Virus record (IMG/VR): IMGVR_UViG_3300042256_000025
DNA length: 64,000 bases
Reading direction: 5' to 3' (one strand)
From: a virus
Lineage: Duplodnaviria; Caudoviricetes
Part shown: positions 8,930-19,999 of the stretch, in pieces
Numbering within the stretch: the stretch's first letter is position 1
How the letters are laid out: the number at the start of each line of letters is the position of its first letter
Translations under genes and position numbers: made by a program
Notes under the pieces: model-generated
Seen by the model: only the letters and a program-made list of their open reading frames with translations
Told to the model about the DNA's origin: nothing
Databases searched by the model: none

Positions 8930-11068
8930 TTAATAACCTCTATTTCGCAACAGCGCCCCACGTAAGCTGTTTGTCTTACGTTTGGACTCTTTGACTTGCT
9001 CTAAGATACTGTCCATGGACATGGCGCTACCGCCATCCACCTCCGTACGCGCGACCAACCGTTTAAGGTTAGCTTCAATACGAATGCGTTCCGCTGGACT
9101 GTCCGCTTCCTTAAGTTGCTCCTTAAGGTCCTCAATCTCTAATCTAAGTTTAGCCTGCTCACCCCGTTTAACGGCATCCTCTTCTGACAGAGTTGCCCCG
9201 TCGTCCGATACCAATGACATTACGTCCCGGGTGTCCAAGCCGTACTCATCCAAGTGACGACCATGGGATAGGAACCAATGTCCCAATAGCCACCCCATGA
9301 CCAAATCATCGTGTCCTCCCTCTGGATGGTCCACCCGCCCATTGCGGGTAACCAGTCCACGGATTTCAGAGGACAGGGTGCGGTCTCGTACTTTATGGGC
9401 GGTGGTCTTCGCCGCTTGCTGGAGGACCGTATCGTACAGAAAGGCTCTGCGGTTACCCGTGGTCATAAAGCCAAACTTACCCTTATGACGTAAGTAGAAC
9501 TCCTCCTTACGCTGGCTCAAGGGACGACACAGCTCCTTGTAGTCTTCGGGGTACTCAGCCTTATTGTCAATCAGTCGATTGTAAATGCGGCGGAAGGGGT
9601 CTACACCGTAGGTGGGTAGCTTCGCAATCAAATAGTCCAGGATACCCTGTGCTGAGGATTTGTTCTCAATCATCAGGATGGTTTTGGGGAACCGTACCAT
9701 AAGTTGTAACAGCCATTCTGCATAACGGTACAGGTTAGCCTCTGAAATATCCGACGCTGCCGTAATTGAAAGATCACGACTATCGAGTATGGCAAGTCCA
9801 TTGCTGTCGCGCCCTACGGCGTTCGAGCTATCCAGTGATAAGATGTGCCAGTGGCTTTCCATCACCCGTGTAATGTCCGCATGTGGATGGTACCATCGCA
9901 GTATGTAGTTATTAGTGCTGCGCTCAATATAGAGAGGATCCATCTCAGATAGGGCGATGGCTTGGTTTAGCTGTATGGAGAGAGGTGAACTCTCTGTACC
10001 GCTGGTCCAGATATTAAAGAAGTCACGGTTCGCCAAGTCCTCAGAGGCACGGGCGTTATCGATCGCTTCTCGTAACCAGTCATCCGTTTTACCCAATTGA
10101 CGGTGACTAAAGGTACCGTTGATCATGGGGCTGTTTGAGGTAGAGTTAGCTTTAATAACCCGCACCAAATCCTCAATGTTTACACAATCGTACAAACATT
10201 CATTCCAGTACATGCCATTGTGTACCAGGTTATATGCAAAGCGCCCCTCTTTCGTATCCTTACGTCCAGCTGTAGTCGTAAAGATGTTACCATAGAGCCC
10301 TCGTGCCATCTTCGCGTTCTCACGCGCCGCTGTAGCCGCCGCCAGCGCCACTGGCAAGGAGATGTGGATGTTCGGGATATAGGGTAGCTCGTCCGCCTGC
10401 AATATGGCTGCGGTTAAACCACGACCTAGGTTATCTGCACCCTCACGTGACTTCTGACCCACTGCGGTAAGATATTCATTAGAACGCTCAACCATGGTAA
10501 CAATTTCGGTATTATCCGCATCATTACGGGTGGTCGGATTCAGGTAATTCGGTAGCTGATCCCGTATCGCTTTAATGCGGGCGACGTTCTGACGGCGTAG
10601 GGGATGGTCTTTGGTTATAAGCTGTACTTTGGTACTCCACGCCATCATGGTCAGAATAATCACCATGAGTACGTCGGTTGATGCCGATTTACCGGTCTGA
10701 CGGGGCTGTATCAATGCGTAATCAATGTGGTTAAAGAAGCACCACATCATGGAGATATTACCCCGGTTCGCTTTAAAGGGAATGGGTGCGGGACCACCCT
10801 GTGGCGGTAGGCGAATCACTTCTCGAACAACATACCAGGGATTCCATTGACACTCGGTGGCGATGGCGACCTTCGTTTCAAAATCCAAATTAGGGTCGTG
10901 TGGATCAATGCCCTGTAGTGCGGGGTTTAGCAGTGATAGGTGAAACGCATGGTTTTCAACACCCATCTCACGGTAGACTGCTGCCAGACGTAAGAAGGAC
11001 TCGTTTGTCGTGCGGGTATCCGCAATGGCGGTGCCGTATCGGTTCCAATCAGACTTGAACAAAATCAT
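8930..11068 (-). CDS. terL: terminase large subunit (phiKZ gp25-like)
   Basis: Walker A PRQTGKS, Walker B ILQADE, coupling motif TTTAG, nuclease LSLDSS and HDDLV; N-terminus MILFKSDW typical of phiKZ-like TerL. Confidence 0.93.
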   Translation of the reverse strand: MILFKSDWNRYGTAIADTRTTNESFLRLAAVYREMGVENHAFHLSLLNPALQGIDPHDPNLDFETKVAIATECQWNPWYVVREVIRLPPQGGPAPIPFKANRGNISMMWCFFNHIDYALIQPRQTGKSASTDVLMVIILTMMAWSTKVQLITKDHPLRRQNVARIKAIRDQLPNYLNPTTRNDADNTEIVTMVERSNEYLTAVGQKSREGADNLGRGLTAAILQADELPYIPNIHISLPVALAAATAARENAKMARGLYGNIFTTTAGRKDTKEGRFAYNLVHNGMYWNECLYDCVNIEDLVRVIKANSTSNSPMINGTFSHRQLGKTDDWLREAIDNARASEDLANRDFFNIWTSGTESSPLSIQLNQAIALSEMDPLYIERSTNNYILRWYHPHADITRVMESHWHILSLDSSNAVGRDSNGLAILDSRDLSITAASDISEANLYRYAEWLLQLMVRFPKTILMIENKSSAQGILDYLIAKLPTYGVDPFRRIYNRLIDNKAEYPEDYKELCRPLSQRKEEFYLRHKGKFGFMTTGNRRAFLYDTVLQQAAKTTAHKVRDRTLSSEIRGLVTRNGRVDHPEGGHDDLVMGWLLGHWFLSHGRHLDEYGLDTRDVMSLVSDDGATLSEEDAVKRGEQAKLRLEIEDLKEQLKEADSPAERIRIEANLKRLVARTEVDGGSAMSMDSILEQVKESKRKTNSLRGALLRNRGY

Positions 11069-11169
11069 ACCGACTATCCTTAAAGGTAAAATTAACTAAT
11101 AGATTCAACATTAATATTATTGGGAACAATCCCACCATTACTATCACGACTACCACTAGGATCACTAAC

Positions 11170-11466
11170 ATGAATCAGAACTTCACCATCAAGGCATATA
11201 AGCCCCTTAAAAATGCAACCGTAGAATGTCGCGTCTATAGCTGCCGCTCATATCGGTTTGAATGGTGCACCAATGACGGTATAATTTTAACTGCGTGTGG
11301 GCTGTCTGGGACAGATGAGGATGTAATATTTATGATACCTCCCAGCAGTGCAGCTCCTACGGAGAATGATTTTACAAAGATCATTGTTGAGAACATGGCA
11401 GGTAAAACGGTTGACTACCATAAATACAAAGGCGATAAGTTAGTTACGTTTACGACTTCAACCTAA
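11170..11466 (+). CDS. hypothetical protein
   Basis: 98-aa ORF on the opposite strand between terL and the gp26-like gene, with its own hairpin downstream. Confidence 0.6.
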   Translation: MNQNFTIKAYKPLKNATVECRVYSCRSYRFEWCTNDGIILTACGLSGTDEDVIFMIPPSSAAPTENDFTKIIVENMAGKTVDYHKYKGDKLVTFTTST

Positions 11467-11498
11467 GGACACCAATACCTGACCATAGGTCTTTAAAG

Positions 11499-11535
11499 AT
11501 ACTCTCCCTATCCCCATTGGGGATAGGGAGAGTAT
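11499..11535. terminator. bidirectional terminator hairpin
   Basis: 17-bp stem atactctccctatcccc/ggggatagggagagtat between convergent genes. Confidence 0.75.
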
Positions 11536-11539
11536 GGTG

Positions 11540-13207
11540 TTAAATGTCGTTCTCAATCGAGAGGGGTGTTATGCCGACAACCTTTTCGCGACCGTTCGCA
11601 ATAACCAACCATACAATGTTCAGTGGCCATGCACGGTCCCATTCACGGTCCAGACCTAACCGGAAGGTTTGGTTCCAGTCCTCTACAGCATAGGTACCAA
11701 TCTCCCAGTCACCGTTATCGCCACCGTTCTCTAAACGGAAATGGGTTGGGGTTGGCGCAGCATCCAGGAGTTCAGGGTCAAAGATCGGATCCATGCTACT
11801 ATAGAGCACCGACAGCCAGTCGTACACCACCACCTGGTTACAGCTGATGTTGAACGGCTTCTCATCCAAGGAACTTGCAACCGCATACACATCATGTCCA
11901 AATTGCGTATACCCATCACCCAGATAGTCAATGATCCAGTTATCTACCTCAGTGGCATTGGGTGGGTTCAAGGTCAGGGTAACCTGCTGTGTATGGATGT
12001 GACCAGGGTATGCACCTGGCAGTACGCTATCCAGATCCAGTGTAAGGTTAAGGATTTGAGTAATGCCAAATGAGAGTCCGTTAAAGTCCCACCCATTACT
12101 TTGCTTAACCAGCACCTGCTCTGTGACGTCCAGGTTCAATGTATACTCCACATCGGTCAGACGTATCCGTAGTTCGTACTGGGTTCCAGTCCAATACGGA
12201 ATGACGTAGAGCTTAAACGCAAAGCTCTGACTGGTGGGTACGTTCGCCAGCTTATACGTTTTACTGATCGAAGGAATCGGTGTACCCGACAGGTTAATTG
12301 ACTGCTCTTGAGCACTCGGATAGTAGGTTAATACCACGTGTGTGGTTGGTCCCAACAAACTGGTATTGAAATTACTTAACCCATGGAGCTTTACCCGCAC
12401 CCCGTCAATCGCATGGTCCTGATAGTTCCCATCACTGTAGTGTACCCGACAGGTTAACATGGACGTGTTAAAGGGCACGTTAAGCTGGTTCTCAATCAGT
12501 AGCGGGTCATGGTCAGAGAGCAGGTGGGAAATAAGCTCTACGTCCTCTACATAGACGTTGGACGCAGTAGGTCCAGCTATCATGTTCGCATTGCGTACAA
12601 TAAAACTGTGTTCCCCACAGGCTCGCCCTGCGGCATTGTAAATAATAGCGGTGACAATCTCACCGTCCTGCAGATCCTGACTGGTATGACAGCGTGCAGG
12701 GCGTTTGAGCGTAGCGTTACCCTGAAACAAAGGTACAAGGTCTACAGACTCTGAAATGACCGCACCCCGACTGTCAACGGATTGTGAGACAACGGTACCT
12801 TCCGGTGAGGTATCGGTACCCAGATAAAGCTTCATCTGAGTAGCCTCACTCCCGTATACCCGATACCGACTGTCGATTGACAGGGTAAAGGGCTTCGTCA
12901 TCTTATCGATAAAGATACGGGTTGCGATATGGGGCTGATAGAGTTTGAGTCCCTCGTGTAAGTTGTCAGGGTCTTTAATTTCATTCTCGAATCGAGCAGC
13001 TGGGTTAAAGGGCACCAGGGTCGGAATTGCCGTTACCGCATCTACTGCATCAACTCGATAGAATAAATCAAACCCGTCAAATACAATGTCCCCAACGTTA
13101 GGCACATATAGCGTATCTGACGTGTCAATGTTTTCACCCGTATACACCTCTCGCAAGGTCCATACGCGAAACCCGCGTTCCGGGTCCCGTCTATATACAA
13201 CTGACAT
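11540..13207 (-). CDS. virion structural protein (phiKZ gp26-like)
   Basis: 555 aa, beta-rich, YVPNVGDIVFD motif, synteny between terL and sheath. Confidence 0.7.
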   Translation of the reverse strand: MSVVYRRDPERGFRVWTLREVYTGENIDTSDTLYVPNVGDIVFDGFDLFYRVDAVDAVTAIPTLVPFNPAARFENEIKDPDNLHEGLKLYQPHIATRIFIDKMTKPFTLSIDSRYRVYGSEATQMKLYLGTDTSPEGTVVSQSVDSRGAVISESVDLVPLFQGNATLKRPARCHTSQDLQDGEIVTAIIYNAAGRACGEHSFIVRNANMIAGPTASNVYVEDVELISHLLSDHDPLLIENQLNVPFNTSMLTCRVHYSDGNYQDHAIDGVRVKLHGLSNFNTSLLGPTTHVVLTYYPSAQEQSINLSGTPIPSISKTYKLANVPTSQSFAFKLYVIPYWTGTQYELRIRLTDVEYTLNLDVTEQVLVKQSNGWDFNGLSFGITQILNLTLDLDSVLPGAYPGHIHTQQVTLTLNPPNATEVDNWIIDYLGDGYTQFGHDVYAVASSLDEKPFNISCNQVVVYDWLSVLYSSMDPIFDPELLDAAPTPTHFRLENGGDNGDWEIGTYAVEDWNQTFRLGLDREWDRAWPLNIVWLVIANGREKVVGITPLSIENDI

Positions 13208-13216
13208 AGTGTCACC

Positions 13217-15787
13217 TTATGCTTTTACTACATTGAAGTAGGTATTAAAGACCAGTCGCTTATGGAAGTAAAGCTCGTTCAATATCCGTAAGAACATAAA
13301 TTCGTCCTCCGTTACTTGTATCTGCTCATTCGCAGGGCACGGATGCACATCGATCATGTTCCATTCCAGGTCTTCTGATAGAACGTCCCCTTCAAGCTCA
13401 CCTAAATAGTCGTGCATGGCTACAACGGCCGCCCCTCGACTCAGCCCAATGCGCGCTACGTCAATGACCTTGTCCCGTATACGCTGTACAGTACGGTATA
13501 CGAATGGACTGTGGATAGCATGGGCGTGCGTAATAAAGACAGGCGCATCTACGTATGGTCGCTCCAAGATAGGGTATAGCAGTCGACTGGCGTCTGACTC
13601 TGTCTCTTGTACTAAACCATAACGTTCCATTACCCACTCTGATAGGGAGCGGACAGGGGTTTCTCGATAGTACAGCCCCCCTTCACGTATGGAAGCCGCA
13701 AGACTCTGCTCTGGTCGCTCTGTCAAATCCCAGTCATCCACTGAAGATAGTTTCCCATCTACCACTAGAGTATGGAAACGAAGATCACTAAAGCGGGTCG
13801 TTTTCCCATCCACCATCCTACGGTTACGGACAAACCCTGACTCAGCCCAATAATCGGTTTGATCGGGTAACCCATAATGGAATACCTGTACCCGTACACG
13901 GTCATTTAAATGCCCTAGGTGATATTCCTTCGTATAGAGTTGAATGTTGGGGTAATCGACTTTAAAGTCTATACCCTCTACTAGACGGCGACCATCTAGA
14001 TAGATCTCTAGATGGGAGAGACGCAGCAGTGTGGCGGGACCCTCATCGCTATAGATTGAAAACGGATGGTAGAGGAGCTCAGGGTCCACCGAAAGGTCAC
14101 GATATATGCTATCACGGATCGTGCGACGCATTCGCTCATCCGTTTTGTGGTGATCCAACCACGTCAGAGTACCTGTACTCTGGTCCACTGTATAGTCTAC
14201 CCCGTGGAAAGCCGGATGCCAGTTCTCACTCGGCACTGCCCGCCAGTAGTATTGGTCACCAAACCAATCAGCCTCGGTAATGTAATCGGTATCCCGATCC
14301 ATCCCATCACCTGTCTCACGACCATCACCAGGAATGCACCGTACTCGTTTAACGAACTCACTTAACTGAACGGTGGACCCATAACTGCCCTCAGGTACCC
14401 TCACGACTTCAATCAGGATGCCCTCCACATCGTACCCAAGTACCAAACAGCCAATGCTTGAAATCCAAGGCAATCGGTAATTCCATTTTTGTATACCGGC
14501 ATTCCATAGAAAATGTGACTCAGGATAATGGCCTTCCAGTACACGACGGTTTACCTCATCGTAGCTATACAGACCTGCAAGTGCCTCCAGTGAGAGTGTA
14601 CCTGCAACGGCGTTCTGCCACTGCATGTAGGCGGATTGCTCCAACTGCGTCGGCTGCCAGCAGGTAAAGGTACTGCCTGTCCCCACCATTAGGCTACGTC
14701 GGTAAGCTTCATCTACCCGATACAAGTCCAATGTATGCTGCCCATCGACCTGAGGGAAGCGCTTTACCGCATCTGTGGTTTTACGGAAGAAGATTCGGAA
14801 GAAAGGCTCCGTTAACGGTAGGGTTTCCCAGTGTTCCTGGATAAGCGCCTCTACGCGGCGACTGTCTACCCCAAAATCCTGATGTGTTAACTGGCGGATA
14901 TCGGCATCCTGAATACGGCTAAAGAAGATACCCTTAAATCGAGGATAATCCCCTACATTCGCCTGTCGACCTACAAGGTAGATGTCCAACTCATCAGCCG
15001 GTACCGCCTGTTCCGGGTCGTCCAGGTTTAAAGATACTAGCCACTTATTTGCCTGATCTAGCTCAGAATAATAGTGCATAAGGTCATTGATGGGTAGATC
15101 TATATATCCCATTCCAGACTTATCCACATGTAAAGCTAGCGTATCGCCTGCCTGCAGCTCACTGGCACTGATGTCATTGACATAATAGCCGTTATGGAAT
15201 AGGAGCTTATGTCCCTCTTCTTCTAGGCGCCAACGGGTAATAACCGGCCCAGCCTCATCGACTGTATTCAGATAACCACCTACATAGTCGATGGGTGTGT
15301 CCAGGTGCTGTCCCTGTTCCTGTAACCAGTCATTCGAGAATACACGCAGGTACAATGCCTGCTCAGTTTCCAGTAATATCTCGTTTACCTGTGCGTTAAC
15401 AGCCAGTGTTATCTGCATGCGCTCATTGCGGCGAATATAGATACTGGATAGCGGGAGCTGACGCTGCGCAATGTGAACATTAACCACCATCTCATTTTCA
15501 CGGGCAACTTCGTCCAGTCGAATCCAGCGTAACATTTCCAAGCGACTGTATTCTAGTCCCAGAAAGACACTGCTTTGTTGACCAAGCCCATAAACAACGT
15601 ACCGGTTGGTACTGTCCGGCAAGTAGTGGTCGGTGTACCCTAGGTTAACGCGCACACGGTCGCCCCGCAGGCGGTTAAACCGTGCGGGTACGATGGTGAA
15701 GTGTCGGTCATCGTGTGGGTCAAACCACATTTCCTCTGCAGCGGCCTTAATAAGGTCCTGCTCAAACTGGTTCGTCGGCATTTTCAA
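13217..15787 (-). CDS. virion structural protein (phiKZ gp27-like)
   Basis: 856 aa; DIRQLTHQDFGV and YLDGRRLVEGIDF motifs; synteny. Confidence 0.7.
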   Translation of the reverse strand: MKMPTNQFEQDLIKAAAEEMWFDPHDDRHFTIVPARFNRLRGDRVRVNLGYTDHYLPDSTNRYVVYGLGQQSSVFLGLEYSRLEMLRWIRLDEVARENEMVVNVHIAQRQLPLSSIYIRRNERMQITLAVNAQVNEILLETEQALYLRVFSNDWLQEQGQHLDTPIDYVGGYLNTVDEAGPVITRWRLEEEGHKLLFHNGYYVNDISASELQAGDTLALHVDKSGMGYIDLPINDLMHYYSELDQANKWLVSLNLDDPEQAVPADELDIYLVGRQANVGDYPRFKGIFFSRIQDADIRQLTHQDFGVDSRRVEALIQEHWETLPLTEPFFRIFFRKTTDAVKRFPQVDGQHTLDLYRVDEAYRRSLMVGTGSTFTCWQPTQLEQSAYMQWQNAVAGTLSLEALAGLYSYDEVNRRVLEGHYPESHFLWNAGIQKWNYRLPWISSIGCLVLGYDVEGILIEVVRVPEGSYGSTVQLSEFVKRVRCIPGDGRETGDGMDRDTDYITEADWFGDQYYWRAVPSENWHPAFHGVDYTVDQSTGTLTWLDHHKTDERMRRTIRDSIYRDLSVDPELLYHPFSIYSDEGPATLLRLSHLEIYLDGRRLVEGIDFKVDYPNIQLYTKEYHLGHLNDRVRVQVFHYGLPDQTDYWAESGFVRNRRMVDGKTTRFSDLRFHTLVVDGKLSSVDDWDLTERPEQSLAASIREGGLYYRETPVRSLSEWVMERYGLVQETESDASRLLYPILERPYVDAPVFITHAHAIHSPFVYRTVQRIRDKVIDVARIGLSRGAAVVAMHDYLGELEGDVLSEDLEWNMIDVHPCPANEQIQVTEDEFMFLRILNELYFHKRLVFNTYFNVVKA

Positions 15788-16691
15788 TATCCCCTAAAAA
15801 GGACACGACTGCCTTCAAGTTAGCGGTGCGCTGCATTGAAGCACAGGTACGCCCGATGCGAGTTTTGGATTTGTACATGTTTGTGGTTTCCGCCAGGGCA
15901 ACCATTTGTGATAATACCGGCGGGTACTCCAGCGCCATAATCGACAGGCTTACCGCCTCATAGCCAATCCAGCTCCCGCTGCCCATTAACTGAATCATGG
16001 TGTTGGAATTAAACTGACCCATATGGGTGGTAACACTCTGTCGGATCGCCAAGCATAGGCCTTCTAAATTAGAGGGGCGCTCTTTCAGCCATTCCTGTAC
16101 CTCTGCATTTTCTAAGGTATCAATGACCATCTGTGGCGGTACCCAGCCACCGCGTGCACCCAACAGTCGAATCGCCATCGCGGTGAGCTCTTCAGGATCG
16201 ACACGGTAATCTTTACGCGCCTTATGACCACTGGCCTCTAGGTAGAGTGCCAGATAGTAGACCGCTGCAAGGATACGGATAGTGGCACCATCTGTGGCTG
16301 GCATGGCAAAGCGGCTGGCTAAGCCATTAGAGATCCACTGGCTGAATACTAACGCTGTAGGGCGCATCACGGCATCGTACGCATCGGGATTTGTCTGCCA
16401 GAGGTACTCAAGGTATCCCCGCTGCACGAGGTTACGGTACTCTGGCATATTGCGAATGCCACCGGCTTTGTTATAAAAAGGACGACCATCCAGGAACACC
16501 TTACCGTCGTGAAAGATCGGATGACTCCAGTGGTCCAATTTCTCGTTTTCACCAGTCGTAATGTAAATGTGTTTCGATACAGGCTTGAGTTGCCCCTCTC
16601 CCCCCAAGGCCAACTGCTCATCAATACCTTGTTTAATCTGCTGGATGCGTCCTGCAAACTGACGTCCAATTGTAGTGCTGTATGGTCCCAT
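15762..16691 (-). CDS. virion structural protein (phiKZ gp28-like)
   Basis: 309 aa; PYSTTIG N-terminus, ALEYPP motif; divergent from the sheath gene. Confidence 0.65.
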   Translation of the reverse strand: MGPYSTTIGRQFAGRIQQIKQGIDEQLALGGEGQLKPVSKHIYITTGENEKLDHWSHPIFHDGKVFLDGRPFYNKAGGIRNMPEYRNLVQRGYLEYLWQTNPDAYDAVMRPTALVFSQWISNGLASRFAMPATDGATIRILAAVYYLALYLEASGHKARKDYRVDPEELTAMAIRLLGARGGWVPPQMVIDTLENAEVQEWLKERPSNLEGLCLAIRQSVTTHMGQFNSNTMIQLMGSGSWIGYEAVSLSIMALEYPPVLSQMVALAETTNMYKSKTRIGRTCASMQRTANLKAVVSFLGDIENADEPV

Positions 16692-17034
16692 GGCGGGTAC
16701 TCCTGTTATCGGTTAAATCGTATAGGCCTGTTAAAAATTATCGTAGCAGTATATAGAGCCAATTCTTACTATTCGCCTTTGGCTCTACTAAACATACGAT
16801 TCCACCGGCTTGCCTGTGGTTAATAGGCATCCCGCTCGCATTACGTATCTCACTTATGTCGGTGAATTGATCACTCATCGCATAGTGTCGTTGGGACTGG
16901 ATTCTATGTGTACTCTGCCTTGTATTTATGTATATGGCTGGTCATGTGGAGTCCATGCCACTCATAACTTTGCAAAGTTAAAAGGTTAAAAATATGCGCA
17001 TACATAAACCTAGCATTTTGGGAGGTAACCTCCA

Positions 17035-19074
17035 ATGGCTACAATGATTAAGAACGCATCCCCTCGTCCGATCCTCACTGGTATTCGGGACGAATCGGGT
17101 CGCGCCTTACCCGTTATCCGGGAACAGATCCCTCAGCACCTCCCACTCTTCTACATCCAGACCCAACGTGGTCCCATTGACCCTCAGCTGGTGTCTGGCG
17201 GCGACATGCTGGAAATGTACGGCCGTAAGTCGTTTGAAGAGCGGTCTAAGTACTTCTCTCACCAGACCATGGGTGTCACCACCTGTAATGGTGCGGGCAA
17301 TGCGGTCTTCATTAAGCGTGTACTGGCAGACAATGCTGCCCGTGCAGGTATGGTCTTCTTCCTGGAACTGGTGCCTGATGATGTCCCTCAGTACCAGCGT
17401 GATCCTGATGGTGAGGTCATTCGTGATCCGTCTGGCGTTAAGCTGATTGACGGTAGCGTCACCGTAGACGGTTACAAGATGCGTTGGGTGGTTGAGCCAG
17501 TAACGGACATCAACAACCTGCGCGGTGAATTTAAAACCAACGGTACCTTGGTTGGTCGTGCAGGTGAAACCGCACAACGTTTCCCGATCTTTGCCTTCGG
17601 TATGTACTACGGTGAATACGGCAACAACATCGGCATCCGCTTCTCCTTCCCGGGACCGGCCACCAGCGATCCGGCTGACCTGTCTCTGGTTGACTCTGAG
17701 CGTGCCATGATTTACCGTGCCCAGTGGGTAGAGCGCGATGATGCCTTCTCTCTGCCGCGCACCACATACAGCATGAACGCTGAGCCATTCGTTGACTTTA
17801 CGTTGAAGGAGGGCGTGGTAAACCCGAAGACGGATCAAGAACTGGCGATCGGTCGTATCAAGTCCGATTACGAGAACATTGAGCCGACCTCTGGTTTTAT
17901 TCCCAAGCACGGTCCGATTCAGGACATGCATATCTACCAGGAGAACATCGAAGAGATCCTGGAGATGCTGTTTGAGAAAGAAGTTGCAGCCGGTGGCCCT
18001 GTCGTTGACAAGCATCAGCTGAACATCTTCAACTGCCTGGATTACAACGGTAACGACCATTACAGTTTTGTACTGGATGCGTCTACCGCGACAATGTCCG
18101 GTTCCACTGTTCACTATGGTCAGGGCGGTTCTGATGGTGATGTGAATGAAACGGTACTGGATGAGCTGGTACGGGATGAATGTTTGTACAACTGGGAGAA
18201 CATTGACTACCCGTTGCTGGACTCTGCACGCTACCCGTTGAGCGTGGTTTACGATACCGGTTTTAGCCTGGAAACCAAGAAAGCTATCATCAACGTTCTG
18301 GCGTATCGTAAGGATATTTCAGTCGGCATCTGTACGCAGGATGTCCTGAACCGTCCGAACAGCATTTCGGAAGAAACTTCCGTGATGACCGCCCTGCGCG
18401 CGTACGCACGTCTCATTCCGGAATCAACCATTCACGGTACTCCGGTCTGCCGCATGGTGTGCATTGGACATGTAGGACGTAAGCAGTACAGCAACTACAA
18501 GTACAAGGTACCGTTGATTCACGATCTGATCGAGAAGCGTGCCAAGTACATGGGTGCGGGTGAAGGTCGCTATAAGACGCGTTTTGCGTATGATGTCGCT
18601 CCGGCGAACCGCGTGGAAACCATGTCTGAAATCAACCACCCGTGGAAGCCTGAGATCGTACGCTCACGTGATTGGGAACTGGGCCTGAACTGGGTGCAGT
18701 TTGCTGACCGTCAGAGCCTCTTCTATCCGGCACTGCAGACCATCTACGATGACGATACCTCTGTACTGAACTCTGACATCAACATGCTGATCGCAGTCGA
18801 TGTTGTGAAACAGTCCGAAGAAGTCTGGCGTCGTATGACCGGTAACACCACCTATACCGACGAGCAGTTCATCGAACGGTGTAACCGTGAACTCTTGTCC
18901 CTGGTAGAAGGTCGTTACGACAACCGTGTTACCATTGTACCGAACACCTACTTCACTGAAGCGGATGAGGCACGCGGATACTCGTGGACCATGGACGTAG
19001 CGATTTACGCTAACAACATGCGTACTGTGGGTATCATTAACGTTATTACTCGCCGTAGCAGCGATTTGGACTAA
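17035..19074 (+). CDS. contractile tail sheath protein (phiKZ gp29-like)
   Basis: 679 aa; IKNASPRPILTGIRDES, PQHLPLFYI, VYDTGFSLETK, RGYSWT; GGAGG RBS. Confidence 0.9.
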   Translation: MATMIKNASPRPILTGIRDESGRALPVIREQIPQHLPLFYIQTQRGPIDPQLVSGGDMLEMYGRKSFEERSKYFSHQTMGVTTCNGAGNAVFIKRVLADNAARAGMVFFLELVPDDVPQYQRDPDGEVIRDPSGVKLIDGSVTVDGYKMRWVVEPVTDINNLRGEFKTNGTLVGRAGETAQRFPIFAFGMYYGEYGNNIGIRFSFPGPATSDPADLSLVDSERAMIYRAQWVERDDAFSLPRTTYSMNAEPFVDFTLKEGVVNPKTDQELAIGRIKSDYENIEPTSGFIPKHGPIQDMHIYQENIEEILEMLFEKEVAAGGPVVDKHQLNIFNCLDYNGNDHYSFVLDASTATMSGSTVHYGQGGSDGDVNETVLDELVRDECLYNWENIDYPLLDSARYPLSVVYDTGFSLETKKAIINVLAYRKDISVGICTQDVLNRPNSISEETSVMTALRAYARLIPESTIHGTPVCRMVCIGHVGRKQYSNYKYKVPLIHDLIEKRAKYMGAGEGRYKTRFAYDVAPANRVETMSEINHPWKPEIVRSRDWELGLNWVQFADRQSLFYPALQTIYDDDTSVLNSDINMLIAVDVVKQSEEVWRRMTGNTTYTDEQFIERCNRELLSLVEGRYDNRVTIVPNTYFTEADEARGYSWTMDVAIYANNMRTVGIINVITRRSSDLD

Positions 19075-19086
19075 AGGGGATAAACA

Positions 19087-19953
19087 ATGAGTAACATTCT
19101 TGTAGCCGAAGACCATTCCCTGTCGGCTGGTCGTACACGCGCCTTGAATGGCGCTGTCGGCGGCCAGCAGGGCGCCATGTCGGACCCCCGTAACTGGATG
19201 TCCAGTGCCACGTACGTCAAGCAGAAGCTGATTCCGGTACTGATTGAGGCCCCTGGTCACATGGTGTACATGGACAATGGTGCGGATCGCATCAAGATCC
19301 TGAAGGCTCTGGTTGAGTTGATGGCCACCTCCATTACAGGTCTGACCAGCACACTGGAAGTGGAATATGGTGAGCACCGCGTGTCTAATGCTGGTGAGTT
19401 CCATGAGACCATGACCAACGTGAACCGTGCTCGTTCAGTGCCGTCCTTCGTATGGCCTGAGAAAGAGGGTATGGCGGTTTACAACTTCTTCAACGACTGG
19501 ATCGTTGAGTTGTTGGCTGATCCTGAAACCATGCACCCTGGGCTGGTAAACAAAACCACGTATCAGGAAGCGGGTTATCCGGAGTTCTTGCCGGACGCGA
19601 TCTCTATGACCGTATTGTTCATTGAACCGTCTCGTGACCTCAAGCGCATCACCAATGCGTGGCTGTGCACCAACATGATGCCAAAGTCTTCTGGTACTAA
19701 CGAAGGCTCCCGTGTTATTGGTGAGGCGAACGAAACGGTTGAACAGACCATCGGGTTCACGGCAACCACTCAGATAGGTAAAGAAGTAATCCGTCTGGCT
19801 CAGACGTACCTGGATGAGCTGAACAAAACTGGCTTCCAGCCGGCTGCGCTGCCTGCTGCGTATGAGGAAATCTCAGCCGACGTTAATGTCGACTCTGAGG
19901 ACTACAAACGCAAGCTAGATGCGGTCGGCACCGCTGCAGTGTCTCAAGGTTAA
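19087..19953 (+). CDS. tail tube / major virion protein (phiKZ gp30-like)
   Basis: 288 aa directly after the sheath; LFIEP...AWLCTNMMPK motif. Confidence 0.85.
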   Translation: MSNILVAEDHSLSAGRTRALNGAVGGQQGAMSDPRNWMSSATYVKQKLIPVLIEAPGHMVYMDNGADRIKILKALVELMATSITGLTSTLEVEYGEHRVSNAGEFHETMTNVNRARSVPSFVWPEKEGMAVYNFFNDWIVELLADPETMHPGLVNKTTYQEAGYPEFLPDAISMTVLFIEPSRDLKRITNAWLCTNMMPKSSGTNEGSRVIGEANETVEQTIGFTATTQIGKEVIRLAQTYLDELNKTGFQPAALPAAYEEISADVNVDSEDYKRKLDAVGTAAVSQG

Positions 19954-19962
19954 GCATAGTGC

Positions 19963-19992
19963 AATCCCCATGGGCTTCGGCCCATGGGGATT
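19963..19992. terminator. terminator hairpin with UUCG loop
   Basis: aatccccatgggc-ttcg-gcccatggggatt between convergent genes. Confidence 0.8.
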
Positions 19993-19999
19993 TATGCGG

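Noticed and set aside
17107-19404. Long minus-strand ORFs (335 and 246 aa)
   Set aside because: Antisense shadows of the codon-biased sheath and tube genes.
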